64,000 nt of DNA. It comes from Edaphobacter sp. (GTDB taxonomy: Bacteria > Acidobacteriota > Terriglobia > Terriglobales > Acidobacteriaceae). The position numbers and the translations under genes are program-made. Below the pieces are notes generated by a model. That model did not search any database, was not told the origin of the DNA, and saw only the letters and a program-made list of their open reading frames with translations. The stretch lies in assembly GCA_035483075.1 (NCBI GenBank), contig DATHQG010000280.1, forward strand, positions 317 to 64,316, read 5' to 3'. The stretch's first letter is position 1, and each line of letters begins with the position of its first letter. This document shows, in pieces, positions 26,327-36,674 of this stretch.

Positions 26327-29020
26327 CTATTCGGTTCGGAGTGCTTCCATCGGATCGACGGTGGCCGCGCGTCGCGCCGGAACGCAGGACACTGCGAGTC
26401 CGCCGCCGACCAGCAATAGCGTGACCGCCGCCATTGTCCAAGGGTCGTGGGCCGTGATGTTGTAGAGGAAGGTCCGCAGGAGGAGACTGGTCACGTAGGC
26501 TAGAACCAGTCCCAGAGTCGATCCTGAAAGCAACATCCAACCGGCCTGCCTCAGCACGAGCCACATTACGTCGCCACGCCGAGCACCCAAGGCGATGCGA
26601 AGGCCGAGTTCCTTTGTGCGGTGTGCCACCAGATAGGCGAGCAGACCATAGATTCCAGTGATGCAGACGAGTAGGGCCGATCCGCCAAATACGATTAATA
26701 GCCGGGCGGCCAGCTGCTGGCTGCCGTAGGAGTCCTCGACGACCTGGTCCATCGTTGTGAAGGTGCTGTCGGAGAGCTCTGGGCTGGCGTGCCGCAACAT
26801 TTCGCGCATCTCGGGGACGATGGAGGACGGGCTTCGGTCTGTCCGGACCGCGAGATCCATCGCCATGCCCTCGGCGCCTTTGTAGAAGCCGGTGCCGGGT
26901 GTGATCTGTGGAATAGCCACTTCAATCTCCGGCTGTGATTGTTTGGCGATGGAGACCTGTCGCTCGTCGTCGAGCACTCCGATAACGACGGCGCGCTTGT
27001 CGTTGCTGAACGAGAATAGATTTTCGCCGAGTATCTTTTCGGGGGGCTCGTCACCGTCGAAATATGCCTTTACAAAGGCGCGATTCACGACCGCTACGGC
27101 TTGCGTGCTGGCCGTATCACCTTCGTTGAAGAACCTGCCTTTGAGCATTCTGAATGCAAAGACGCGTTGCATCTCCGGTCCGACCGCTCGAAACTGTGCG
27201 ACTAAATCGCGTCGGCGCACATCGGCAGCACTGGTTCCAGCGACTCCGAAGGTGAACTGCAATTTGAAGGTGTTTTCGAGGGGCACTGCGTTCATCAGGA
27301 CGGCGGCCTGCACTCCGGGCATGTGATTGACGCGGTCAACCAGGGGTTGATAGAGCTCGGTGGTCATGTTTTGTCCTGCAAACTTGTAAGCTGGAATCGT
27401 CATATTGGCGATGATGATGTGGTCGGTGCGGAAGCCGAGCGTGACATGACGCAGGGCGTAGATTGTTCGGAGCAAGAGGCCGCATCCGACTAAAAGGACC
27501 AGGGACATCGCGATCTGTATGACGACAAGCGAGGCGCGGGTGCGATATTGGGCCGCGCCAGAGCTGCTCTGTGGGCCACCTTGCCGCAATCCGGATTCGA
27601 TTGGCGCTTTTGCCGCGACGATAGCGGGCCAGATGGAACACAGTAGAGCGCTGACTACTGTCAACGCGACCAACATGCCAATTACGGAGGTGTTTGCAGT
27701 CAGCTTTTCGTGGATATGAAACTGGCTGGTCAGCCCGTGTTCAAAGAACTTTATCATCAACGTGGCGAGACCAAGGCCAAGGGCTGAAGCTATCGCGCTG
27801 ACGAGGAGGCCTTCAGCGGCAAACTGCTGGACGATGCGCCAGCGGCTGGCGCCAAGTGCTCCGCGCACGGCGATCTCCCGCTGCTTTGCGGTGGCCCGCG
27901 CGAGCATCAGGCTAGTGCTGTTTACGCACGCGATGAGCCACAAGACCGCTGAGGCCCCGAAGAGCGCCAGGAGGGCCTTTCTGAGATCGGTTTCGACGAG
28001 CGAATCCTCGTAGCGCTGCAGTTGGATTGAGGTGACGAGGTCGCGATCGTACGGGTCAGCGTATTCTTTGGCCACGTCAGGTTGGATTGCCCTGAGCTCT
28101 GATTCCGCGGTGCGGAGGGTCACGTTTGGATTTAGCCGTGCGATGACCTGGTAGTTCGGAGTAATGTTTCGTGTTCGGACGGTGTCGTTGTCCCCGATTA
28201 TTGTTGGCAACCAGACGAGAGGGGCGGCCCCGTTGAGCGGGAAGGCGAAGCCACGAGGCATAACGCCAATCACGATGTATGACTCTCCGTTTAGTTTGAC
28301 TGCTTTGTTTAGGACATTCGGATCGGCGCCGTAGATGGTCCGCCATACAGGATCGCTGAGGATAAGGGTGTGGGCCTCTCCAGAGAGAGCGGAGCCGTCG
28401 CTCTGGCTTTCAAAGTTGCGACCCATGGCTGGATGCACGCCCAACAGTGCGAAGAGGTTGGCGCTTACCTGCGGAGCATTGACCTGTGTCGAGCCCGTTT
28501 TGCCGTCGAGGAAGGAGACGTGTTTGTTCCAGCTATAGAACGCGATCTCTTTCAGTGAGTGACTACGCTGACGCCACTGTTGCAGATCGAGGAAGGGTGT
28601 GCCAAAGCTTACTGTGCCTCTCTTACCGGACTCTTTGATTTCGACCAACTGATGCGCGTCTCTATAGGGAAGCGGGCGCAGCAGGACACGATCGACCACG
28701 GTAAACATCGCCGCCGTTGCACCGAGGCCAAGGGCGAGCGTCGCGGTTACAGTGATGGCGAAGATTGGCGATCTCGTCAGCTGGCGAAAAACGTATCTCA
28801 GGTCATGTCCAATGCGCTCGAGCCAGAGCGATCCCCAGGTCCCGCGCGTGACGTCTTCGATCAGCGGGACATTGCCAAACTCACGCATCGCCGCGGCGCG
28901 CGCTTGTTTAGCGGACTGTCCGCGGTCTTGGCGTTCCTGAATGTCCATTTGAAGATGGGCTTGGATCTCCTCGTCGAGATCTGCTTTACGCCTGGAGAAA
29001 GACCGGGCAAAAAAGCTCAT
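26327..29020 (-). CDS. ADOP family duplicated ABC permease (MacB-like)
   Basis: DLDEEIQAHL prefix, LLRPLPY, REIAVRGALGASR, ELGLRIALGA and VDPMEALRTE. Confidence 0.92.
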   Translation of the reverse strand: MSFFARSFSRRKADLDEEIQAHLQMDIQERQDRGQSAKQARAAAMREFGNVPLIEDVTRGTWGSLWLERIGHDLRYVFRQLTRSPIFAITVTATLALGLGATAAMFTVVDRVLLRPLPYRDAHQLVEIKESGKRGTVSFGTPFLDLQQWRQRSHSLKEIAFYSWNKHVSFLDGKTGSTQVNAPQVSANLFALLGVHPAMGRNFESQSDGSALSGEAHTLILSDPVWRTIYGADPNVLNKAVKLNGESYIVIGVMPRGFAFPLNGAAPLVWLPTIIGDNDTVRTRNITPNYQVIARLNPNVTLRTAESELRAIQPDVAKEYADPYDRDLVTSIQLQRYEDSLVETDLRKALLALFGASAVLWLIACVNSTSLMLARATAKQREIAVRGALGASRWRIVQQFAAEGLLVSAIASALGLGLATLMIKFFEHGLTSQFHIHEKLTANTSVIGMLVALTVVSALLCSIWPAIVAAKAPIESGLRQGGPQSSSGAAQYRTRASLVVIQIAMSLVLLVGCGLLLRTIYALRHVTLGFRTDHIIIANMTIPAYKFAGQNMTTELYQPLVDRVNHMPGVQAAVLMNAVPLENTFKLQFTFGVAGTSAADVRRRDLVAQFRAVGPEMQRVFAFRMLKGRFFNEGDTASTQAVAVVNRAFVKAYFDGDEPPEKILGENLFSFSNDKRAVVIGVLDDERQVSIAKQSQPEIEVAIPQITPGTGFYKGAEGMAMDLAVRTDRSPSSIVPEMREMLRHASPELSDSTFTTMDQVVEDSYGSQQLAARLLIVFGGSALLVCITGIYGLLAYLVAHRTKELGLRIALGARRGDVMWLVLRQAGWMLLSGSTLGLVLAYVTSLLLRTFLYNITAHDPWTMAAVTLLLVGGGLAVSCVPARRAATVDPMEALRTE

Positions 29021-29382
29021 GCTTCTTCTCCTTCCGGGGTGCGGTGCATGACTGCGCCGATGATATCGACCATCTGCTGCCAGCGGCTGAGATCAGAGGC
29101 CAACTGTTTCTTGCCGGCGGCAGTGATTCGGTAGTATTTCGCGCGCTGGTTGCTTTCGGTCTGCTTCCACTCAGAGCGTACCCAGGACTGTCGCTCCAGG
29201 CGATGGAGGGCAGGGTATAGGGAGCCGGTCTCGATTTGCAGGACATCACCGGAGTTTCCGCGGAGGGCCTGAACGATGCCGTAGCCGTGGTGAGGTCCCC
29301 ACTGCAGCGTCTGGAGGATGAGCATGTCGAGTGTGCCTTGAAGCAACTCGATCCGGTTCTTGTAGCGATTGCGTCCTATCAT
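29017..29382 (-). CDS. PadR family transcriptional regulator (acidobacterial type)
   Basis: LLQGTLDMLIL, GSLYPALHRLE and RAKYYRIT; overlaps the ADOP start codon. Confidence 0.93.
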   Translation of the reverse strand: MIGRNRYKNRIELLQGTLDMLILQTLQWGPHHGYGIVQALRGNSGDVLQIETGSLYPALHRLERQSWVRSEWKQTESNQRAKYYRITAAGKKQLASDLSRWQQMVDIIGAVMHRTPEGEEA

Positions 29383-29385
29383 GAT

Positions 29386-29422
29386 GTAGGCACTCTACAC
29401 CTGTAGGAAGTAGAGTGTCTAC
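29386..29422. promoter_or_regulatory. Tandem GTAG-N5-CTAC palindromes, probable PadR operator
   Basis: GTAGGCACTCTAC (29386-29398) and GTAGAGTGTCTAC (29410-29422), inverted relative to each other with one mismatch. Confidence 0.65.
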
Positions 29423-29470
29423 CTCCCGACAGTCACCCCGGAGTTACGGAGAGTGACGCGTTTGATCCGG

Positions 29471-30439
29471 TCACTTGGGCGGGGACGCCGCAGCCTTTCG
29501 AGCCGACCTTGAGCGAACTATCCAGACCCAGGCCAACGCAATCGCAGAGGTCGACACTATGAATTCCGCCCAAATAAAGGAAATGAAGTCACTGAGGGCA
29601 CCCACTCCCGGCACACCGGGTTGGACGCTTCGCAGAGCAGGAAGACCGAATATGAGGGCCACGCAGAGCGAGAGTGGCAGCAAATTGATCTCGCCGGGAG
29701 ACGCAGTCACCCGCAGGACCATCGCCATAATGCTGATGGCTAAAACAAACATAACCGTCATAACAGCGAGAGAAACGGTGATCACAGTGTTTGCTCTTCG
29801 CATAGAGATCGTGGTGTGCATGAGCTTGTACGTGTCATCCGGGGACACTGTTCCGTCGAACTTGATCCCAGGAATCGAAGCCGTGAACGTTTCGTTGATC
29901 GATATCGTTTCACTGTGATCGAGATCGCTCGTTCCCACGATTAGCGTGGTCGCGAGCGGATCGGTATTGTTGTCCTCAAGATTTTCTTCTGGCACGGTCT
30001 CGACCTTTGTCTGCACCGGAGCAGTGACGAGGAGGTCGATGTCAGTCACATAGTTATCAAAAGGGTATCTGTTTTGGTTTCCAGAGAGGAGACTGTTGAA
30101 CTCGATTGGAAAGATCCGCTCGCCTTTAGGAAAGACAACAGTTTGCTTTCCGGAGGCCGAATTGATTAGTAGTTTGATGTCGGTGGCGGGCGTGGCCTTG
30201 TCTATCGCAAATCGGCCCATTGGGACAAGCCTGATGCGTTCGTGGAGCAGTCCTTGCGCCGTATCTATGGACATTACTCTGACGTTGACTCTGACGAAGT
30301 CAGCGCTGGAGGCCGATGACTTGATGATGGTGAGAGAGCGCCGGCCTTCCTCGGTGATACCCAGCCAAAGAACGGAAACGTAAATTCCCATTACTGCCAG
30401 AACGACAAACACCCGAACCATTTTGCCAAGAAAGCCCAT
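29471..30439 (-). CDS. DUF4436-like membrane protein
   Basis: N-terminal TM, YPFDNY, and C-terminal TMs with LPALRSVQPGVPGVGALSD...WAE; start uncertain (30439, 30463 or 30508). Confidence 0.72.
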   Translation of the reverse strand: MGFLGKMVRVFVVLAVMGIYVSVLWLGITEEGRRSLTIIKSSASSADFVRVNVRVMSIDTAQGLLHERIRLVPMGRFAIDKATPATDIKLLINSASGKQTVVFPKGERIFPIEFNSLLSGNQNRYPFDNYVTDIDLLVTAPVQTKVETVPEENLEDNNTDPLATTLIVGTSDLDHSETISINETFTASIPGIKFDGTVSPDDTYKLMHTTISMRRANTVITVSLAVMTVMFVLAISIMAMVLRVTASPGEINLLPLSLCVALIFGLPALRSVQPGVPGVGALSDFISFIWAEFIVSTSAIALAWVWIVRSRSARKAAASPPK

Positions 30440-30546
30440 TTCGAGGACCTCTCTGCCTGCCATTACTTCGGGGTTGGAGTTGTTGAGCCAGCGAGCCGGG
30501 GATTTCATCGGAGGAGCAACTGACTGAGTAGACTGCGGGCGCGTGT

Positions 30547-30589
30547 CAATGAAAGAGAGGCCAATGAAAGAGAGGCCAATGAAAGAGAG
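30547..30589 (+). repeat. Tandem repeat, about 3 x 15 bp (CAATGAAAGAGAGGC)
   Basis: Units at 30547, 30562 and 30577 (last unit 13 bp). Confidence 0.9.
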
Positions 30590-30791
30590 TTTGAATCATG
30601 GTGGAGCGAGTTGGCAAGTCGCGCGAGGGTTCGGATCCATGCCCATCAAAAAAATGTGGGGCCTCTGCACACCTAAATTTGAAAACCTAGCATTACTACC
30701 AGTCGTGAGAACTGGTGATGTGAGATATAAAGCAAACGTGAACTCTTCATCAAGACATGGTTTTGGGCGCATAAGGCGAGGAGAAAAACAA

Positions 30792-32057
30792 ATGCGAGCG
30801 CGACCTGTAGTCCGGGGCTTTCCCCTGCGAACGGGCAAGCTGGGGGTGTACTTTTGGCGGGGTCAACGGAGCCACAGTTTTGACGTTGCCATGATCGCTG
30901 TAGGTCTTTTCCTGCTGATGGCAGGCACCGGATGTAGAGAGAAGGAAAAGGCACCCCCGCCTGCCCCTCCTGTAGTCGAAGTTGCCGAGGCGGTCCAGCA
31001 GAATGTTCCCACCTACAACGAATGGGTCGCGCAGCTAAACGGCCCAATCAACGCCGACATCACCCCGAAGGTGCAGGGCTACCTCCTGACGCAGAATTAC
31101 AATAACGGCTTCTTCGTCAAAAAGGGTCAGCTTCTGTTTACTGTAGATCCCCGACCTTTCGTGGCCGCTCTCGAACAGGACAAGGCGCAGGTCGCCGTGG
31201 CCCAGGCGAACCTCGGTGAGGCGGAGAACAACGTCGCCCGCGACACCCCGCTGGTTGCGCAGAACGCGATCCCAAAAAAGCAACTCGACACGGACCAGTC
31301 AACCCTGGCCGCGAACCAGGCACAATTGAACGCCGCGAAAGCGCAGATGGTGCAGGCGGAATTAAATGTTGAATGGACCAAGGTGTATTCGCCCATCGAC
31401 GGCATCGCTGGCATAGCGAATTCCCAGATCGGCGACCTGGTGGGAACGACCACCAAGATGACGACGGTCTCCCAGGTCGATCCGATCTGGGCATACTTCA
31501 ATATCCCCGAAAGCGCCTTCCTCGCCAACGCGGAGGCAATTAACCGGGCAATCCGCAGCGGGAACAGGCGAGGGGTGCCGCGTAGCGTCGAATTCATCCA
31601 GGCAAATGGAGACACCTACCCGGCGAACGGCGAAATCATTTTCGTGAATAGACAGATCGCCTCCCAGACAGGCACCATCCAGATGGCCGCTGCCTTCGCC
31701 AACAAAGGCGCCACCCTCCGCCCCGGCGGCTTCGGACGGGTGCGGATTCAGGTCGGCGTGACCAACGATGCAATGTTGATTCCGCAGGCCGCCGTGATTG
31801 AAGTGCAGTCGCAATACCAGGTCATTGTGCTCAACCCCGAAAACAGGGCAGTGATTCGACCGGTCAAGGTGGGAGATCGGGTCGGCCCGAACTGGATCAT
31901 CACTGAGGGACTGAAGCCCGGCGAGAAGGTTGTGGTCGAAGGCATTCAACGCGTACTGATGTTTGCAGCGGCCGCGCCGCCGGAGATGGTGAAGGAAGGC
32001 ATTCCGGTCGTCGTTAAGCCTTACACGCCAGCCCCTGCGGCGCTCGGGGGCAACTGA
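30792..32057 (+). CDS. RND efflux periplasmic adaptor subunit
   Basis: Lipobox-like MAGTGC; VKKGQLLF, SPIDGIAG, LRPGGF and GLKPGEKVV; GAGGAG RBS before ATG 30792. Confidence 0.9.
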   Translation: MRARPVVRGFPLRTGKLGVYFWRGQRSHSFDVAMIAVGLFLLMAGTGCREKEKAPPPAPPVVEVAEAVQQNVPTYNEWVAQLNGPINADITPKVQGYLLTQNYNNGFFVKKGQLLFTVDPRPFVAALEQDKAQVAVAQANLGEAENNVARDTPLVAQNAIPKKQLDTDQSTLAANQAQLNAAKAQMVQAELNVEWTKVYSPIDGIAGIANSQIGDLVGTTTKMTTVSQVDPIWAYFNIPESAFLANAEAINRAIRSGNRRGVPRSVEFIQANGDTYPANGEIIFVNRQIASQTGTIQMAAAFANKGATLRPGGFGRVRIQVGVTNDAMLIPQAAVIEVQSQYQVIVLNPENRAVIRPVKVGDRVGPNWIITEGLKPGEKVVVEGIQRVLMFAAAAPPEMVKEGIPVVVKPYTPAPAALGGN

Positions 32058-32059
32058 TC

Positions 32060-35000
32060 ATGTCGAAATTCTTTATTAATCGCCCCATCGTCGCGATAGT
32101 CATCGCAATTTTGATGGTGCTGGCCGGCGGGGTCGCGGTGCTCGAGCTACCTACGGCACAGTTCCCCAATATCGCCGACCCCATGGTACAGGTGAAAGCC
32201 AGTTACCCCGGCGCGGATGCCCAGACGATTGCCGAATCCGTTGCAACACCGATCGAACAGCAGATGTCGGGCGTCAGCGGCATGAATTACATGTACTCCC
32301 TGAGCGCGAGTTCCGGCGGAGGCATGACGCTGTACGTTGACTTTGCGCTGGGAACCGACATCAACACCGATCAGATTCTGGCGCAGATGCGGCAAGGCCA
32401 GGCCGCCTCGCAACTGCCCTCCGAGGTAACCCAGCAAGGTGTAGTCGTTCAGCCGGGGACGACGGCGCCCTTTATGCTGCTCGACCTCTACTCACCCAAT
32501 GGCTCATACGACAGCATTTTTCTGGCCAACTACGCCACCATCAATTTGCAGTACGCGCTCACCCGTATCTCGGGGGTCGGACAGGTCCAGATATTCGGCG
32601 CCGGTCCCTATGCCATGCGGATCTGGGTGAATCCTGATAAGCTGGCGAGCCTGGGCGTGACCGTCTCCGACATCACGAACGCGGTCAAGGCTCAAAACAA
32701 GGTAAATCCTGCGGGCCAGGTTGGAGGGGAGCCGGTTCCCCAAGGTCAGCAATTCACCTACAACGTGCGAGCTCCGGGGCGTCTGCCCACGGCCGAGGAT
32801 TTTGGTGAGATCGTCGTCCGCGCTCAGTCCGACGGGTCAATCCTGCGGCTGAAGGACGTGGCGCGTGTGGAACTTGGATCGCAATACTATTCCTATGTTT
32901 CGCGGTTGGGAGTGGCGGGAGAGAATAAGCCCTCTCAGCCCGCTGCCCTCCTTGCGCTATACCTCACTCCTGGCAGCAACGCGCTGCAAACGCGAGCCGC
33001 TGTCCTCAAAATGATGGACGAGGCGAAAGGCAGGTTTCCACAGGGGCTGGACTACATTACCGCACTCGACACGACACTCGCTGTCAGTGCCGGCATCCAC
33101 GAAATCTACAAGACGCTGGGAGAGGCCCTGCTTCTGGTCATCATCGTCGTCTACATTTTTCTCCAGGGCTTCAGAGCTACGCTGATTCCTCTGCTCGCCG
33201 TCCCTGTCTCTCTGATTGCGACCTTCATGGTCTTTCCCATGCTTGGCTTCTCCATCAACACCCTGTCGCTTTTGGGTATGGTTCTGGCAATTGGACTGGT
33301 CGTCGACGACGCCATCGTCGTCGTGGAGGCGGTCGAACACAATATCGAGCTCGGTCTGACGCCTCACGACGCGACCATCAAAGCGATGGAGGAAGTTTCG
33401 TCACCGGTCATTGCGATCGCACTCATCCTGGCTGCAGTATTCATTCCCACGGCCTTCATTCCCGGTATTACTGGCCAGCTTTATAAGCAGTTCGCAATCA
33501 CCATCGCGATTTCGGTGCTCTTCTCGGCATTCAACGCGCTCACCCTCAGCCCGGCGCTTTCCGCCATGCTGCTGCGTCCCAAGAAGGAGTCTCGAGGACC
33601 CCTCGGAGCCTTCTTTCGCGGGTTCAACAATGTCTTCGGTCGCGCCACGGACGGGTACGTGAATATATGCAGGCACCTGATCCACAAAGTCGCTCTGGCG
33701 TTTCTCCTGCTCGCCGGGCTGGCGGTGGGTGCGGGTTACTTCGGAAAACAGCTCCCGGGAAGTTTTCTCCCCGATGAAGATCAGGGATACCTCTATGCTG
33801 GCTTGCAACTGCCTAACGCGTCGTCTCTGCAACTCACCTCGGAGGCCGCGCGCGAAGTCGAGAAGGTCATGATGGACACACCTGGCGTGCAATACGTCAG
33901 CACCGTCAACGGATACAGCTTGTTGAGCGGCGTCGCCGCCACCTACAGTGGATTCTTCTTTATCTCACTGAAGCCCTGGGATGAACGCACGACTCCGGAG
34001 GAGAGTTATGAGGGGATCAAAGCTCACCTTCAGCAAGCCCTGTCAAGATTCCCAGGGGGAATTGCATTCTCGTTCCCGCCGCCAGCGATCCCTGGCGTGG
34101 GCACCTCAGGAGGCGCCACTTTCATTCTTGAAGACAGATCTGGCGGCACCATTGACTTTCTCGCGAAACAGACCCAGATTTACATGGCCGAAGCGCGCAA
34201 ACGCCCGGAACTGGCGGGGCTTTTTACCACCGCCCTGTTCGGGGTTCCCCAAGTCGGGGTAAAGGTGGACAACGCCAAGGCGATGACCCAGCAGATCCAG
34301 TTGAGCGAGCTGTACCAGACTGTGCAGACGTTCATGGGCGGTTCATTGATTAACTTCTTCAACCGATTCGGGCTGCAGTGGCAGGTATATGTTATGGCCG
34401 ACGGAGACTACCGGACCAAGGCAGACAATCTCGGCAAGTTTTACGTCAGGAATGCATCGGGCGACATGGTCCCTCTCAGTACGCTGACCACTATCGATGC
34501 GCGCAGTGGCGCCGAGTTTGTCATGCGCTACAACCTGTTCAACTGCGTGCAGATTAATGCCGCGGCCGCGCCCGGCTACAGCTCCGCTCAGGTCATGGCT
34601 GCGCTGGAAGACGTCTTCCACAAGACGATGCCCGGCCAGATGGGCTTCGACTACTCTGGCATGTCGTACCAGGAGCAAAAGGCGGCACAAGGCGTTTCGC
34701 CCGCGATCATTTTTGGCATGGCCCTATTTGTGGTATTTCTCATCATGGCCGCGCAATACGAGAGCTGGACGCTGCCCTTCAGCGTATTGCTGGGACTTCC
34801 CATAGCCGTCTTCGGCGCCTTCCTAACACTCTACCTGCGCCGCTTCGACAATAATGTATACGCCCAAATTGGGCTGGTCATGCTGATCGGACTCTCGTCC
34901 AAGAATGCCATCCTAATTGTGGAATTTGCCAAGCTTGAGTACGACAAGGGCAAGTCGCTTATCGACGCGACTCTGACTGGCGCCAGGGTGAGACTGCGGC

Positions 35001-35257
35001 CCATCCTGATGACCGCATTTGCCTTCATTCTTGGCTGCGTGCCGTTGTGGCGGGCATTCGGAGCAGGCGCGATTTCGCGGCGGGTGCTGGGAACGACGGT
35101 CATCGGAGGCATGCTCGCATCCACGATCATCGCGATTTTCTTTATTCCGGTTTCCTTTGATGTAGTGGAGCGTTTTGGCAACTTCTTCAGAAAAGAAAAA
35201 GAAAAGCCTGAGCCGCAACCCGCGCTGACCGTCGAGGCGAAAGGAGAGCACTCATGA
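32060..35257 (+). CDS. RND efflux permease (HAE1/AcrB family)
   Basis: MSKFFINRPI, GLVVDDAIVVVE, KNAILIVEFA and RLRPILMT motifs. Confidence 0.96.
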   Translation: MSKFFINRPIVAIVIAILMVLAGGVAVLELPTAQFPNIADPMVQVKASYPGADAQTIAESVATPIEQQMSGVSGMNYMYSLSASSGGGMTLYVDFALGTDINTDQILAQMRQGQAASQLPSEVTQQGVVVQPGTTAPFMLLDLYSPNGSYDSIFLANYATINLQYALTRISGVGQVQIFGAGPYAMRIWVNPDKLASLGVTVSDITNAVKAQNKVNPAGQVGGEPVPQGQQFTYNVRAPGRLPTAEDFGEIVVRAQSDGSILRLKDVARVELGSQYYSYVSRLGVAGENKPSQPAALLALYLTPGSNALQTRAAVLKMMDEAKGRFPQGLDYITALDTTLAVSAGIHEIYKTLGEALLLVIIVVYIFLQGFRATLIPLLAVPVSLIATFMVFPMLGFSINTLSLLGMVLAIGLVVDDAIVVVEAVEHNIELGLTPHDATIKAMEEVSSPVIAIALILAAVFIPTAFIPGITGQLYKQFAITIAISVLFSAFNALTLSPALSAMLLRPKKESRGPLGAFFRGFNNVFGRATDGYVNICRHLIHKVALAFLLLAGLAVGAGYFGKQLPGSFLPDEDQGYLYAGLQLPNASSLQLTSEAAREVEKVMMDTPGVQYVSTVNGYSLLSGVAATYSGFFFISLKPWDERTTPEESYEGIKAHLQQALSRFPGGIAFSFPPPAIPGVGTSGGATFILEDRSGGTIDFLAKQTQIYMAEARKRPELAGLFTTALFGVPQVGVKVDNAKAMTQQIQLSELYQTVQTFMGGSLINFFNRFGLQWQVYVMADGDYRTKADNLGKFYVRNASGDMVPLSTLTTIDARSGAEFVMRYNLFNCVQINAAAAPGYSSAQVMAALEDVFHKTMPGQMGFDYSGMSYQEQKAAQGVSPAIIFGMALFVVFLIMAAQYESWTLPFSVLLGLPIAVFGAFLTLYLRRFDNNVYAQIGLVMLIGLSSKNAILIVEFAKLEYDKGKSLIDATLTGARVRLRPILMTAFAFILGCVPLWRAFGAGAISRRVLGTTVIGGMLASTIIAIFFIPVSFDVVERFGNFFRKEKEKPEPQPALTVEAKGEHS

Positions 35258-36645
35258 TGCGGACGAAAGCATCCATCGGCCTCGCGTTGTTGCTCTCACT
35301 GTGCGGTTGCAAGGTCGGGCCAAACTACAAACGTCCTACGCTGGATGTTCCCGGACAGTACCGCGGAATTGCACCCAACCTGCCGCAACAGCCGGCGGGC
35401 GGGCCTTTCGGGGAAATGCAGTGGCCGGCTGTCTATCAGGACGAAGCTCTGCAGGCGCTCCTCAAGGAGGCCCTTACCAACAACTACGACATTCGCATTG
35501 CCGCCAGCCGTATTATGCAGGCGCAGGCCTCATTGGGAGTTACTCGCGCAAACCAGTTCCCCACGTTGGGTGGCGTCGGCAGTATCCAGAATATACAATC
35601 TACACCGCTTTTCACCGGCGCGCCCTGGGTCGATACCCTCGGACTGCAAATGAACTATATCGTCGATTTCTGGGGGCAATATCGTCGTGCGACGGAAGCT
35701 GCACGCGCCGTCCTTCTTTCAACCCAGTACGCGAAGAATGTAGTCCAGATAACGCTGATCTCACAGGTAGCGACCGCCTATTTCACTCTTCGCCAATACG
35801 ATTCCCAGCTGAAGTTTTCTGAACAAACTGTCATTGCCGATAAGGAGCTCCTCAGGTTAAACACTATCAACTTCAAAGGCGGCGAATACTCGCTCTCCGA
35901 TGTCGATCAGGCCCTGTTGCTGGTGCAACAGGCTGAGGCGGAGGTCATCTCGCTCAACCAGTTAATTCCGCAAACCGAGAACGCGCTCAGCATTCTCCTC
36001 GGAAGAAATCCCGGCCCTATCACGCGTGGTCTCGAACTTGTCGAACAGCCGCATTTGCCCGATGTCCCCGTGGGCCTTCCTTCCACACTGCTGGAGCGGC
36101 GCCCCGATGTGCGCGAGTCGGAAGAGACACTGGTCGCGGCCAACGCAAATGTAGGAGTGGCCAAGGCCGCATTCTTCCCGCAGATTTCGTTGACCGGCAC
36201 CTTTGGCGCATCCAGTACAGCCTTAACCAGTTTCTTGCAGGGGCCAGCTACATTCTGGACTGTGGGAGGGCAGTTGGCGCAGCCCCTCTATCAGGGCGGC
36301 AGGATCACGAGTGGATACCGTCTGGCCTGGGCGCAACGGGACCAGGCCGAACTGCAGTACAAGCAAACCGTGCTGCAGGCCTTCGGAGATGTCGCGAACA
36401 GTCTCGTCGGCTACACCCAATCCCGGCAGTTTCGAATGAAGATCGAGGAGCAGACGGCCACTTACAACGAAAGCGCGCGACTCGCCAACGTCCGATTTAC
36501 CGGAGGATACGCCAGCTTTCTCGAAGTGCTGATCGTCCAACAGCAATATTTCACTTCGGAGCTGCAGCTGGCACAGGCCTGGGAGACAGAGATGCAGAAC
36601 TATGTCCAGTTGTATCAGGCGCTGGGCGGCGGCTGGCAGCCGTAG
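35254..36645 (+). CDS. RND outer membrane factor lipoprotein (NodT/OprM family)
   Basis: Lipobox LCGC followed by KVGPNY; LLERRPDV, AAFFPQISLTG and LYQALGGGW. Confidence 0.95.
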   Translation: MMRTKASIGLALLLSLCGCKVGPNYKRPTLDVPGQYRGIAPNLPQQPAGGPFGEMQWPAVYQDEALQALLKEALTNNYDIRIAASRIMQAQASLGVTRANQFPTLGGVGSIQNIQSTPLFTGAPWVDTLGLQMNYIVDFWGQYRRATEAARAVLLSTQYAKNVVQITLISQVATAYFTLRQYDSQLKFSEQTVIADKELLRLNTINFKGGEYSLSDVDQALLLVQQAEAEVISLNQLIPQTENALSILLGRNPGPITRGLELVEQPHLPDVPVGLPSTLLERRPDVRESEETLVAANANVGVAKAAFFPQISLTGTFGASSTALTSFLQGPATFWTVGGQLAQPLYQGGRITSGYRLAWAQRDQAELQYKQTVLQAFGDVANSLVGYTQSRQFRMKIEEQTATYNESARLANVRFTGGYASFLEVLIVQQQYFTSELQLAQAWETEMQNYVQLYQALGGGWQP

Positions 36646-36674
36646 CGGCCGGTACAGTTGATTCTTGCTTGAGT

